Shown here: positions 1 through 13,199 of the stretch, piece after piece
How the letters are laid out: each line of letters opens with the position of its first letter
Numbering within the stretch: the stretch's first letter is position 1
Assembly: GCF_001194135.2 (NCBI RefSeq)
Contig: NC_068991.1
Location: 78,777,040 to 78,811,566 of the forward strand
From: Octopus bimaculoides
Taxonomy: Eukaryota
Length of the DNA stretch: 34,527 nucleotides
Direction: 5' to 3'
Position numbers and translations under genes: made by a program
The notes under the pieces: generated by a model
Told to the model about the DNA's origin: nothing
Database searches by the model: none
The model's input: only the letters and a program-made list of their open reading frames with translations

Positions 1-56
<56 letters not shown>

Positions 57-200
57 TGTGTGTAGAAAGACAGACAGACGGACAGATAGATTGACAGATT
101 GGTAAACAGACTGTTGGAAGATAGATATATAGAAATGAAGGAGGAATGCGATGGAGAGACCGAAATAAACAGAAGGAAGGATAAAGATACAAAATAAGGC

Positions 201-271
<71 letters not shown>
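1..271. repeat. (TG)n, (AGAC)n and (AG)n microsatellites
   Basis: Read directly. Confidence 0.95.
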
Positions 272-273
<2 letters not shown>

Positions 274-600
274 CGTGTGTAGAAGGGACATATAATGGTA
301 GTAGGAGGGATTGACAGAAGCGGTAAGAGTGGGAGGGAAAAGCAATAAATATATATTTTAAATTAAGGTTCCAGACATGTACACTCATGCATATACATAT
401 AGATCTAGACACACACACACATACATAATACAATTAAAGAGAAGGGGAAAATCGATATCGATGGTAAATTAAATTGATTACAGTAGAGTAAGAGGAGGGA
501 GGCGACTAGGTGAGTGATATAGAATGCATGAAAGAAAGAAAGAAAGAAAGAAGCAAAGAGAAAAACAAACAGGCTGACAGACAAATAGGTAGATAGAGCG

Positions 601-642
<42 letters not shown>

Positions 643-1183
643 GGGCGAGGAGAAGACGTGATAGACTCAGATAACAGCAAAACAAGATGACCAGTGTTTA
701 TGTAAACATTATGTTCAACACCGCCTCCATCTTCTAATACACGCCTGCTTTATCTATTTACCTTACCAACCTACCTGGCTATCGTCGCACTTCTCTGCTA
801 GCCAGGTAAAGCCACCCCTACAAGTCACCTGGTTTGCATCCATGCATGCATGAGGCTAACTACAACAACGAAAGCCAGTCAAACGATCTGCGTTGTAGAA
901 AGTGATCAAAACAGCCAAACGCTCTTTATTGTGCTTCCAATTGAATGGATGCTTCTCTTATGTAACAAAGTGGATTGAGTGGGGGGTACAGAAAAAGAAG
1001 ACGAAGGAGAAGAAGAAGAAGAAGAAATAGGAGAAAGAATATAAAAAGAGAGAAAGAGAGAGAGAGAGAGAAGCACATTTTGAGAGGGGCAGTTGGATAA
1101 AAATACTACAACGTGCATCTTTTCATCAAACGAAGACCAAAGAGAGCCTGACCTGCGGTGTCAGCAAATTTTGGTTCCTCAAC

Positions 1184-1238
1184 ATGAGAAACGCTGTCTT
1201 ATCCCTAGTAATTTTGGTGGCAACATTACAAACAACAG
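1184..1238 (+). CDS. Putative coding exon 1 (signal peptide) of the EGF/cadherin/tandem-repeat extracellular protein
   Basis: aacATG then MRNAVLSLVILVATLQTT+G: a basic N-region and hydrophobic core. Donor CAG|gttaga is phase 1 and matches the phase-1 exon at 12338. It lies 11 kb from exon 2 with N-gaps between, so the link is inferred. Confidence 0.6.
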
Positions 1239-1307
1239 GTTAGAAATTTCTTTATGATATTTATTGGTGAATTGTGTAGCGTAAGGACAAAATACTTAGA
1301 GTTATGC

Positions 1308-1668
1308 AAGGGCGCGCAGAGCAAAGTATGGACGCATGATTACAAAATTAGATCCACAATCATGAGGTCCTGGGTTTGATCCTTCAGCCTGGAATCATGG
1401 GCTAATGTCGGTTTCTCTATGCTCGCGTCGATCTTTGTCTTGTGGGTGAAAATGGAGAGACAAACTGTTCGGAAGCAGGTCACAATGATTGTATTTGTAA
1501 TTCAAAGATCTCGGCATATCACACAGTTCCACACTGTGTCACACAGTTCCACCTGAGAATTACGTCAATGGTACACATGTCTGTGGAATACTCAACCATT
1601 TGTACGCTAATTCAATGAACTTTGCATCAAGTAACTGACAGCTTATGAACGGAAACTGTGTCGTAGAT
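1308..1668 (+). mobile_element. Degenerate tRNA-derived SINE
   Basis: B-box-like GGGTTTGATCC near 1372. The body at 1535-1620 (tgtgtcacac...gagaattacgtcaatggtacacatgtctgtggaatactcaaccatttgtacg) is clearly homologous to the reverse complement of 13625-13720. Confidence 0.65.
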
Positions 1669-1782
1669 TAGTTTATCAAGCAGTGGGTAGGATATCCAAG
1701 GAGGACGACCTTCTGGTGATAAGAAAATTTGATGACAGCAAAAAAGCTTTCTTTATTGATAAGTGCATTAAGCACCTCAATG

Positions 1783-1865
<83 letters not shown>

Positions 1866-2074
1866 CAAAATCTTATTGTGTTCTGTTGGCTGTTAGAAAA
1901 TATCTTCTTTTACTCTTCTCTTAATTCCTGCTCATGTTTGAGAACCACACTTAACTTAGCTACTGTTTCTAAAGTCCTATCTTCTATCATTGGTTTTTGG
2001 TCAATGAGCAAGTTTGATACCGTTCTTCTAACATGCGTTTCTTGCCCTTGCATAAATTCAACAGTTGGTTGAAT

Positions 2075-2200
2075 AACAGGGATCTCTCAAATTTTTCGGT
2101 AGGATATGGAACAGTTGCTGGCCTTTGAACCGCAACTGTTGCAGCATATCTAAATAGACAGAGCGATACCTTTTCACTTTTTAGGATAATGTTGGCACCC
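2075..2200 (-). mobile_element. CR1/L2-like LINE 3' relic
   Basis: Minus strand reads LRFKGQQLFHILPKNLRD, homologous at DNA and protein level to [18 protein letters not shown] at 7880. Confidence 0.55.
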
Positions 2201-2906
2201 CCCAAAAGTTATAATGGTTGACACCCATTCTTGTTGCGCTGAAGTATTTAGTTCCTTAATTATCTTCTGAGTTCGGATCCTGCTCATTTGAACACTGAGA
2301 AACATATAATAGCCATACTATAAAATGGCTTGACTAAATCAGTTATACCTATCCTAATGTTGGACATCAATAATTGTTGGTAGTAACAGTAGAATAACGG
2401 CAAAACATCTAAGAGTTTGTTGGGTTTTTTTTTAATAACGGTTCTTTAAGTTCTGTGTTCAGATCCTTAAGAGGTCAATATCTCCTCAACGCATAGTCGA
2501 TTAAATAGGTACTAGTCAAGTATTAGAACCATCTGATCGACTATAAACATCCTGCGGTCGAAGTCAATACTTCATAAAGTAAAACATTTTATAAAATTGA
2601 GACGTGCAGCTTTGTGAATTTCTTTATATTTCTTTCTATATTCGTGTTGAAAAAGCAACTAGTCTTTAATTCTTTTCTTCATTTTCATACACACACATAC
2701 ACACACACATGCACAAACACACACATGCACAAACACACACATGCACAAACACACACATGTATATATAAAACATACTTATACTAACATGTATAATATATAG
2801 ACGTACATATATATATACATACACATATATATATCCATATACATATGATATATATATATATATATGTATACATATCTACTCATAATTCTCTGTATACACA
2901 TACACA

Positions 2907-2974
<68 letters not shown>

Positions 2975-2978
<4 letters not shown>

Positions 2979-3511
2979 AGATAAAAGAAAAATAATAAAT
3001 TATTTGTTAATTAAAAAATTGACAAACATCGTTTACTGCTGTTTCAATTGTAGACCTTCAGAAAATTAATTAATAAAATTATAAATTACTCGAAAGTCGA
3101 ATCTCGTCAGAGGTAGTTTAAGATATACAAAATAGGTGTTCACTTCCTGCCTGTTGAGTAAACGGCTGCAAACCGTTAACTGATGAAGTTTATACATAAA
3201 GAACATAGTATAAAACATGGTATAGACCTTGCTCCTCTTTCTAAGGTATACACCTATTTTTATACTATGTTCTTTATGCATAAATTTTATTAGTTAACGG
3301 GTTTGCAGCCGTTTACTCAACAGACAGGAATTGAACACCTAATTTGTATATCTTAAACTACCTCTGACGAGATTCGACTTTCAAGTAATTTTTAATTTTA
3401 TTAATTAATTTTCTGAAGGTCTACAGTTGAAACAGCTGTAAGAGATGTTTGTCAATTTTTAAAATAAAAAATAAAAAATTATCAATTATCTCTCTCTTTT
3501 CTTATCTTATA
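2975..3511. repeat. Fold-back (palindromic) element of about 540 bp between TA runs
   Basis: Arms ~3013-3216 and ~3257-3460 are near-perfect reverse complements. Termini tataagata.../...tatcttata abut (TA)n. Confidence 0.9.
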
Positions 3512-3977
3512 TATATATAAATCACGGTTTATATAGTTACCTTGCAGTTGAATATTAACTGTAATGTTCAACATTTTTTGTATAGGTAACTAACCAGTAC
3601 TTTCATAGGATTTTGCTATCCCTTAATGAGGTTTGTTACCNNNNNNNNNNNNNNNNNNNNNNNNNNNNNNNNNNNNNNNNNNNNNNNNNNNNNNNNNNNN
3701 NNNNNNNNNNNNNATATATATATTCACGCACACCCCTATGTGCAATCATACATGAACACATACTTGCAAAATAGATGAAAGGAAAATGGTACTTGAATAT
3801 CAAAAGTCGAATAAAATATTGTTTATCGAAGCTGAAAAGACTTCATTTTATTACTCGGAGTTTCGGGTAACCGTTCACTTGACAGAATACTCACAACTGA
3901 CGAAAGGTTTTCTTTTCAGCTTCTTTGACATGATACGATTGTATATATATATATAGACCTCAGTATAAATAAAATTT

Positions 3978-4140
3978 TGAAGTAGTTGTATGCTGTCAAC
4001 TTAATGTGACAGTCCCCTGAAGGACACAGGAAATATGTCAAGGCCGACAAGAAGCGGTGCAGCTCCCTAGGTCTAACCAACAGTAGTATTATTCCCTTCA
4101 GGGGACTGTCACATTAAGCTGACAGCATACAACTACTTCA
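3978..4140. repeat. 46-bp inverted repeat with 71-bp spacer (small MITE-like hairpin)
   Basis: 3978-4023 versus 4095-4140: 45/46 identical as reverse complements. Confidence 0.9.
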
Positions 4141-4670
4141 TCGTATCACTACTGCATAAATCTCTCTGAGAGATTGAGAAATGAATTATTTCTAAATAAA
4201 ATTTTGCTTCGCGATTCCTGTTTCACGCCTGCTGATCGCCGTGTCATGAAACTCAAGATGTAAGAAAAAATACAAAACAGCAAGAAAACGGAAAGAATAT
4301 GGTAGGCAAAGAACGTAGTTTCTCGAGAGAATCGCTCTGAATGCAGTCAATGATTGCAGACATTAATTAATTTGACCGTTTAAACATATAGAAATATGAA
4401 TATACATCAGTGGAAGAAATACACTCGCTTACACATATACACAGAGATATACATACACATATGAGCAGACACAAAATGCAAAGCATATAGGTGTATGTTT
4501 ATATAGATGTATGTATATATAAAATGTACGCATAACACACATATATATGCATACATGTGCTCATGAACATATATTTATAAATGTATGTATACAATTTGCA
4601 TTTCTCTATTTACGTATCTAAGTAACAGTCTGTCTATCTGTCTGTCTACATATGTTTTGCCGACCATTTT

Positions 4671-5160
<490 letters not shown>

Positions 5161-5664
5161 ATTTACATGAAAAATATTATTTTAAAATTTAAAAACTAAG
5201 TCCTGATGAATCATAATATGATTTAAACTGGTAGCGTTTCCATCCGTCTTGCCGATTCTTCAGTGTTACACGTGACGTCAATTATTTATGACGTTAATCC
5301 CATGGTAATGGTATTTGGCATCCAATATCCGTATTTAGTTGCACTTTAGCTTCTGGTTGAGATTCTTAAACAAACACTCCTTTGTTTTAAACGACTGTTA
5401 GTCTCCTTCCTTTCTTTACAAAGGAGGAATGTTTAATTTTTTTCTTTTCCCAAATTGTTAAAATGATTACCAGATGAAATCTGCCTAATGGAAGAATCCT
5501 TGATTTTCTTTTTACTTTGAAATCTCTTTACTTTGAACTCATGAATTGTCTTCTTGTTTGATCGATATTGTTCTCTGCAGTAAATAATAATTCTTGTTAA
5601 GAACGGTAAATCTCGAAGCAAACAAATGATAGCTTTTAAATATTGTATTGAAAACTCTCTAGAT

Positions 5665-6008
5665 CAGGGGGTTATCAACCATTTTATATCTTTGGACCCC
5701 TTTGATTACTATTTTATTCTGGTGGACCCTATAGCCATTCAGTGTTTAAAAACTAGCTTTATAGAAACTTCTTTCAAATTTCCTATTTTGTTTTGCATAC
5801 ATTAACCTGAGTTGGTTGAACTATGTAAAATGTTAGAGAAAGAAAGCTGGCTGTTTCTTGCAATACATAACTAATAAATGCAAAAAAGCAGAGGTTTTTC
5901 AGGAGACTTTAAAATATTTTTGTGGACAATTTACTGTTTTATTGTGTGGACCCTAAAAGTCTTATATGGACCCTCAGGGGCCATATCGATCCCGGTTGAA
6001 AACCACTG
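5665..6008. mobile_element. Non-autonomous hAT (Charlie-like) MITE
   Basis: TIRs cagggggttatcaacc / ggttgaaaaccactg. 8-bp TSD ctctagat (5657-5664) / ctcttgat (6009-6016). The target fits the NTCTAGAN preference of Charlie-type hAT elements. Confidence 0.85.
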
Positions 6009-6233
6009 CTCTTGATAGAAACAGCCTCAGCTTCTAATTTCTTACGACGTCAACAACATCAAATTCTCAGTGGTAAATTGGAGACAAGAATTCAAAGGTA
6101 GAATTCTTGTAAAGTTTGCGAGAGAGATGTAGTGAGTTCGTGTTTCGCGGATAGCATTCAGATTTTTTTTTTTTTACAAAGGTTTTCGTTTTCAACCCAA
6201 TATTTAAATTCTATTGTTTACAGTTTTAACTAG

Positions 6234-6438
6234 GGCGGCGAGTTGGCAAGATCGTTAACGCGCTGGACGAAATGGTTACCGGCATTTCGCTACGTTCTGA
6301 GTTCAAATTCGACTGTGGTCAATTTTTCTTTGCCTTTCATCTTCTCGGGTCGATAAAATAAGAACCAGTTCAACTCTGGGGTCAAGGTAATCGACTCATC
6401 TCCACCTCAACCAAACTGCCCTTGTGGCAAAGTTTGAA
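6234..6438 (+). mobile_element. tRNA-derived SINE
   Basis: Head ggcggcgagttggcaagatcgttaacg...gagttcaaattc (B-box-like) and body tgcctttcatc...gtcgataaa. A second copy lies in reverse orientation at about 20836-21000. Confidence 0.75.
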
Positions 6439-7201
6439 ATATTTTTGTCCCCGGAGGAATATTTTAAGTCCTTCTGGTCACCTCTCTTGTCTAGATGAAT
6501 ATGTAAACAGTTTACATATACGTCATGCTGTATTAAATGAAATATTTCATTTAATTTGGAAAAGACGGCAAAATTTAAAAACTTAGTACATGTGAATATC
6601 CGTTTCTTAAGAGTAGAGGTAAATTGTAATAAATGAGCAAAATGTCCAAAAATGCAGATCACCTTATATTGATTTACTTTTAGGATTCGTGAATGTTATT
6701 GAGTTCAGGAATTTTATTCGTGAAATCTTGAAAATTCCATTTTATTTTTATTCGAATACAGGAAAGAGTCATAGGTTAACTTCACCAATTTTCTTTTAGG
6801 TAAAGTTTAAAACTCTGACCTGATGTAGGCTCGGAGCAAATACATAAATTGTCTTCTAATAATCCTATCACGTGAGTAGAAGGAGCAACTTCTGTGGCTA
6901 CTATGGTCCCTTTTACTTGCACGTGATGTGTATTGTGATATATATTTTTCAGTTAGTAAAAATTCAGCTGAATGGCAGAACCAAACATTAAACCGCACCA
7001 GTTGTGCAACTTCAGAATTCTTGAAAATTGTCAAGTATATGGCAATTGGTTAGCAAAGTCGATGGTATAAAGCGCTAAAGTCGAAAGCAATATTAGCAGC
7101 GATCCAATCATATGTATTAGAACCACTGAATTGTCATTTAACAATCGACACTATAAACATAAACATTCATTTATCAGCCTTCATAAAAATGTTCCATCCC
7201 T

Positions 7202-7280
7202 TTATATGACAATATGATTCTTATATGACAATATGATTCTTATATGACAATATGATTCTTATATGACAATATGATTCTTA
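7202..7280. repeat. 19-bp minisatellite x4 (ttatatgacaatatgattc)
   Basis: Four exact tandem units read directly. Confidence 0.95.
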
Positions 7281-7817
7281 CGTAAGAAAAACCTGTATGA
7301 ATTCAAACTTATTTGGTCTGTTATGTATAAATCACAAGTCTATAAAAATGCTAAATTTTTGATGAAAAATGCGGGATTATAATCGTTTGAGCAAGAAAAT
7401 GGGACTTTTTTTTATTGTATTTACAATATAGGATTTTCGACCCAATATTTGCATGTTATTATTAATTGCATTTATGTTCTTCGGGAACCAATTCCAAAAT
7501 AATTATTTCACATTCTCTAGAAAGCATTTCGAGCATTCAACGCTATGCTCCAAATGAGGAGTAGATAGATAGCCGATAACTGATGAGGGTCCTTTCTCTG
7601 TATTAACTTGTCCTCTTTTCCATTTTCCTCATTGTTGATGTATTTCACTCGTTTTTCCTTCGTTTATCCATGAATTTCATGTTATTTGCACCGTTTGTGA
7701 CGTCCTGTACCCATACATGCATGTATGTATATATATATTATATATATATATGCACATACATACATACATGCATACACAAACACTCATATGTATATATATG
7801 CATATACGCGCACACAC

Positions 7818-7872
<55 letters not shown>

Positions 7873-7877
7873 CATGC

Positions 7878-8160
7878 ACACAGTTTGCGCTTCAAGGCCC
7901 CACACCTCCTCAGTATCCTTCCAAATTGTCTGAGAGATCTGCATGGTGTGGATGTAGGTGTCTTCAAAGCAAAACAGGATCACCTCCTGTCAAGGGTCCC
8001 AGATAAGCTTACCTCATGGAAGGAAACACAGATGGGGCCAGCGGCATCAAACTCCCTCAGTGACCAAATGCCATATACCAGAGAAGGTTTCAAATAATGG
8101 TGTAGCATAGTCAACGGTAGTGCCTCAGCATGACCCAGCTTTAAAGCTGAAACAATTTAA
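7878..8160 (+). mobile_element. 5'-truncated CR1/L2-like LINE 3' end
   Basis: [42 protein letters not shown]...ASNSLSDQ is a typical CR1-group RT C-terminus. Its 3' UTR tip (gtgcctcagcatgacccagc...gctgaaaca) recurs at about 34445-34482. Confidence 0.8.
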
Positions 8161-8751
8161 AGAATTGACGAAAAATTAAAGCGCCTGACGAAGAGGTAGG
8201 CATAGAATGTAGGCTTTCCTTGCTTGATCATCGCATCATTTTTTAAACGTGTTGTATCGCCTTCCTATTTTCATTTTCAAAACAGTACTCAATCAGATTT
8301 ACTCTGTGTGCTTTTCCCCTCTGGCCTCTCTAAAAATAAACTTCCTGATCTTCTCCACTAATCTGTCGCTAGGTATTACACCTGTCGTTACACGACCTTG
8401 GAAATTTGCTTCACGTCCATGCTAAGTTCATTATCAGGCGGAAAGATATTCTCTTGAAGTTTATTAGGCCATCGATCGATGCCATGTTATGTCATGGGAT
8501 TAGAGAAACAAAAGTAAAGTGGTTGAAACCCTCCACTTGCATACGTACATACGTATATACATATGAACATACATATACATGCACATAAAGACATATGTGT
8601 CTGTCTGTCTGTCTCTCTCTCTCCCTCTCTCTCTCTCTCTGTATATATATATATATATANNNNNNNNNNATACAACATATACAAATATATATATATGTAC
8701 ATACACACACATATATACATATATATATATATATGTGTATATGTATATATA

Positions 8752-8796
8752 GGACCACTGATGAGGTCACAGAAGTGTGACGAAAGAACTCTGGCC
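8752..8796 (+). ncRNA. Candidate minimal type I hammerhead ribozyme
   Basis: gg-a-cca CTGATGA g gtcaca-gaag-tgtgac GAAA gaac TC tggcc: intact core, 6-bp stem II, 5-bp bulged stem I and a 2-bp stem III. Confidence 0.5.
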
Positions 8797-8911
8797 GAAA
8801 TAGGATTAATGTAATATAATGTAATATAAAGCTGAAGCGAATTAACACCAAATATACAGTGCGTGTGTTTTTATTGGCAAAACTGGCAATATGACCATTC
8901 CCAAATACAAC

Positions 8912-8994
<83 letters not shown>

Positions 8995-9427
8995 GTATAT
9001 GTATATGTATGTATGCATGTATACATAAATTTGTTTGTGTATGTGCGTGCGTTTGTGTATGCATATGCTAGATAAGCGGATCGATTTTGTGGAAGTATAC
9101 TTTTGTTAACTCAACCTGGTCTACAATGGATGCAACATACAGTGTGATACGTGGATACTGAACGTACAACATGCTGAATAACAGAACTGTTATTTTAACA
9201 GGTTATATCTATTCATCACCTGGTGGGGTACATCTGCACCACCGGATGCTCCCGAACCAGTTGTTAAGTGTCCCACCCTTGAGGGATCAATGCTAGATGT
9301 GTCGAAAGAATTTTCGTGATTAATAAAAATTCCCGTATATTCTATCTTCTGTCTTTCATTTACCATATATATACGTCTATATATATGTGTATATATATGT
9401 ATTTATATGTATGCATGTATGTATATA

Positions 9428-10289
9428 NNNNNNNNNNNNNNNNNNNNNNNNNNNNNNNNNNNNNNNNNNNNNNNNNNNNNNNNNNNNNNNNNNNNNNNNN
9501 NNNNNNNNNNNNNNNNNNNNNNNNNNNNNNNNNNNNNNNNNNNNNNNNNNNNNNNNNNNNNNNNNNNNNNNNNNNNNNNNNNNNNNNNNNNNNNNNNNNN
9601 NNNNNNNNNNNNNNNNNNNNNNNNNNNNNNNNNNNNNNNNNNNNNNNNNNNNNNNNNNNNNNNNNNNNNNNNNNNNNNNNNNNNNNNNNNNNNNNNNNNN
9701 NNNNNNNNNNNNNNNNNNNNNNNNNNNNNNNNNNNNNNNNNNNNNNNNNNNNNNNNNNNNNNNNNNNNNNNNNNNNNNNNNNNNNNNNNNNNNNNNNNNN
9801 NNNNNNNNNNNNNNNNNNNNNNNNNNNNNNNNNNNNNNNNNNNNNNNNNNNNNNNNNNNNNNNNNNNNNNNNNNNNNNNNNNNNNNNNNNNNNNNNNNNN
9901 NNNNNNNNNNNNNNNNNNNNNNNNNNNNNNNNNNNNNNNNNNNNNNNNNNNNNNNNNNNNNNNNNNNNNNNNNNNNNNNNNNNNNNNNNNNNNNNNNNNN
10001 NNNNNNNNNNNNNNNNNNNNNNNNNNNNNNNNNNNNNNNNNNNNNNNNNNNNNNNNNNNNNNNNNNNNNNNNNNNNNNNNNNNNNNNNNNNNNNNNNNNN
10101 NNNNNNNNNNNNNNNNNNNNNNNNNNNNNNNNNNNNNNNNNNNNNNNNNNNNNNNNNNNNNNNNNNNNNNNNNNNNNNNNNNNNNNNNNNNNNNNNNNNN
10201 NNNNNNNNNNNNNNNNNNNNNNNNNNNNNNNNNNNNNNNNNNNNNNNNNNNNNNNNNNNNNNNNNNNNNNNNNNNNNNNNNNNNNNNNN
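9428..10289. other. Assembly gap (N run); other gaps at 3641-3713, 8660-8669, ~14552-15236, 25869-26250, 31849-31920
   Basis: Runs of n in the sequence. Confidence 0.98.
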
Positions 10290-10355
10290 ATATATGTAGT
10301 ATTTGAAGTAGTGTGCAGATACTGTATATTGAGAAAAAGAGACAGTCTGAATTTT

Positions 10356-10469
10356 GGATAATCCCTAATTAGCGCTTTCGTTCGCTTACGAACTCATCAA
10401 GACAAAATCAAATTAATTTTGTCTTGACGAATTCATAAAAAAAAGGAAATCGCTCATAAAGGATTATCC
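10356..10469. repeat. Degenerate palindromic element carrying two hammerhead-like halves
   Basis: ggataatcc...ggattatcc termini. The minus strand reads TTGATGA gttcg taag cgaac GAAA gcgc TA, with a degenerate copy on the plus strand. Confidence 0.6.
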
Positions 10470-10508
10470 AAAATTCTGACTGTGTCCATTCTCTGAATAT
10501 ATATGTAT

Positions 10509-10567
<59 letters not shown>

Positions 10568-10995
10568 ATTCGCTTAGAGGTTGTGCTAACCTCATGAAGC
10601 GATGGTTATACTCACATATATACATACATCCATATGTACACACATATCCGCGCATATACGTGTGTAGGCATATATACACAAATATGTGCATGCGCGAACA
10701 CATTAATACGTATGCGCACTCACGCATACATACATGTGTATATATGCGTTTACAGCTTTTACCAATCACCCCTAAGAAGTTAATATAGATCCATGCTGGC
10801 CAATCAATTCCAATTGTTTTTTTCCCCTCTGAAGATATTATGCTCAGCTCATATAAATTTAATATTTACTGAGTATTAATTGAAACAGCTGTAAGGGATG
10901 ATGATCAATTTACTATTAACAATAAACAATTATTAACAACTCCATTTTCTTTTTCTTCTTTTATATTGGTATATATATATATATATATATATATA

Positions 10996-11047
<52 letters not shown>

Positions 11048-11424
11048 GATCTAAAACAAACAGTTAAAGGTTGTCATTATAGTAATCGGAGTTTCAAATG
11101 TCGGAGCGAAGACCTACGATACAATCTCGTCAGCTGTTAATTGTTTGACGTATATATCTATATATGTGCGCATGCAGCCTACATATGTGAGTACATGTAT
11201 GTATGTATATATGTATGTATATATATGCAGCACAGAATTTTGTCAGTGAAAAGGTCGCGGTCTCAAAGCGACGAAAATATTTTGACAAATTAAATTTAAA
11301 GGTTGAAGTGAACCTAACGGATTTTGTGTGTTTTTTAAATGGCTTATAAACACCTCCCACACTGCAATTGTTTTCGTTCCAGCACACGATCTCAGATCAG
11401 GTCACTAGCTATGCAAGTACATCT

Positions 11425-11480
<56 letters not shown>

Positions 11481-11997
11481 TGTATATCAGGTTCTTGCGT
11501 GTGTGCGTGTATAGATCGATTTAATATCTATGGTTTTGTAGGTTCCACCTCCTCACTGTCCACGCTTATTGATTCTAATAAATTGCTAAATCAATTACTG
11601 AATTTGCTGCCGCCCTACAAATTTCTAAACAATACTTAATGTTGCCTGAGTCGAAACCGAGTACGTCAGTGTTACTTACTTAATCAGCTCCAGAGACAAT
11701 GAACAAGCGAGGAAAATCTCTAATCTTTGTTATTTATATTTACTCAGCTTTAAGGCAAAAGAAGAGAGTCTTCTCATATCGTATCGTAGTCTTCACCAGA
11801 AGAAAGAGTAGCGTAAAGTAAAATAAAAGGAGAAAATGTGTAGAGTTTCTTCTTTATTTTATTGTCCATTCTTTGTACTGATAAAGGACTACTATCCGAA
11901 ACGTGAAGACTCTCTCTCTCTCATTTTTAAGGTTTAGACTAATACATTTATTAAAACTTTTCCACTCGAGTTGTTTTCTGTTTGTGCTTAATGCCTA

Positions 11998-12054
<57 letters not shown>

Positions 12055-12337
12055 TGTGTGTTTCAGAGATTTGTACATATATGAATGAATGGATGAATGT
12101 GCAGCAATGTATTTACTTCACGGTGAACACTTCTAATGCCTACATCTATAAAAATGTTTTTCAATACAGTTAAAAACCAGCTTAAAACATTATATACTTT
12201 GTATTCGATTTCCAGGTCTGAAATGATAATTTATTTTTATCAATTAATCCACAGATTAATTGTAAAACCTTGATTGAACTTTTATCACTGATCTGTCAGT
12301 ATTTTCTTCTATTAATAGTATTCTTGTTTGTTTTCAG

Positions 12338-12377
12338 AATCATTAAAAACATGCCAGAATAAAGATGGAGTGAAATC
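12338..12377 (+). CDS. Putative coding exon 2 (40 nt; end of signal peptide and first EGF cysteine)
   Basis: Acceptor ttcttgtttgttttcag| and perfect donor |gtaagt. Phase 1-2. Encodes (E)SLKTCQNKDGVK(S) and joins exon 1 to exon 3 in frame. Confidence 0.65.
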
Positions 12378-12711
12378 GTAAGTAGTAGTTGAGTTTATTC
12401 GTTGATTCCACAAAGAGCGGAAGTAAACCTGACGTCACCTGCGATATAAAGAACGCAGGTAGTGGTCAGTTTGTTGATTGAGGATCGTCGTACTATCTTT
12501 TGCCTTTTACTTCTTGTTTCCTTCGTTGGTCTGTGGCCATATTGGTGCACCACATCTGACGGTTTAGCCAGGGACATCGACTAGAGTACATATTTTTAAG
12601 ACTGGTGCTTATTCTATCGGACTGTTTTGCTATGCTATTGGGATGTATTGGGTCTTCTCTTCTCTTCTCCTCATCTCTTTGGTTAAACTCTTCTTTGCCT
12701 ATCATTTCATC

Positions 12712-12720
12712 TGCATCATT

Positions 12721-12811
<91 letters not shown>
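12712..12811. repeat. Compound (ATC)n(ATT)n microsatellite
   Basis: Read directly. Confidence 0.95.
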
Positions 12812-12812
<1 letters not shown>

Positions 12813-13199
12813 TAAAGCGGAGAGATAGCAGAATCGCTAGCTCGCCATGAAAAATCCTTAGCGACACAGCCACATGCTAACACTAAAACCACATATCTTC
12901 CAAACCTTTTAACACCTCACGTCACCTGCCTGGAGCTCAGTGAGTTCCATACTGTCTTTGGCACCACAAATCTTTCACCTTTGATCCATCAGAAACAGTT
13001 AAACCGCTGCAGTAGTCTTTCTATGCATGTCACATCCCACGTCCAACAAACAGCAACAACCTATATCCATAAATTTGTTTAGATGTGTTATAGCTGTTTC
13101 AGGCGAAAATAAATAAATAAATGAATAAATAAAAACATTGTGGAAGACGCTTGCCAAAAATCCAAGCCCCTAAAAAACTAGGTTACTTTAAGCGTTGCA

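Noticed and set aside
7202-7280. Possible CRISPR-like array
   Set aside because: The units are directly tandem with no spacers and the context is eukaryotic. It is a minisatellite.
9316-10361. Long ORFs of 260-366 aa here and at 14424-15527 and 25751-26639
   Set aside because: Artefacts of N-gaps translated as X.
11541-11640. Possible phase-1 exon after ttttgtag (GSTSSLSTLIDSNK...)
   Set aside because: It runs into a stop without a usable GT donor and has no recognisable motif.
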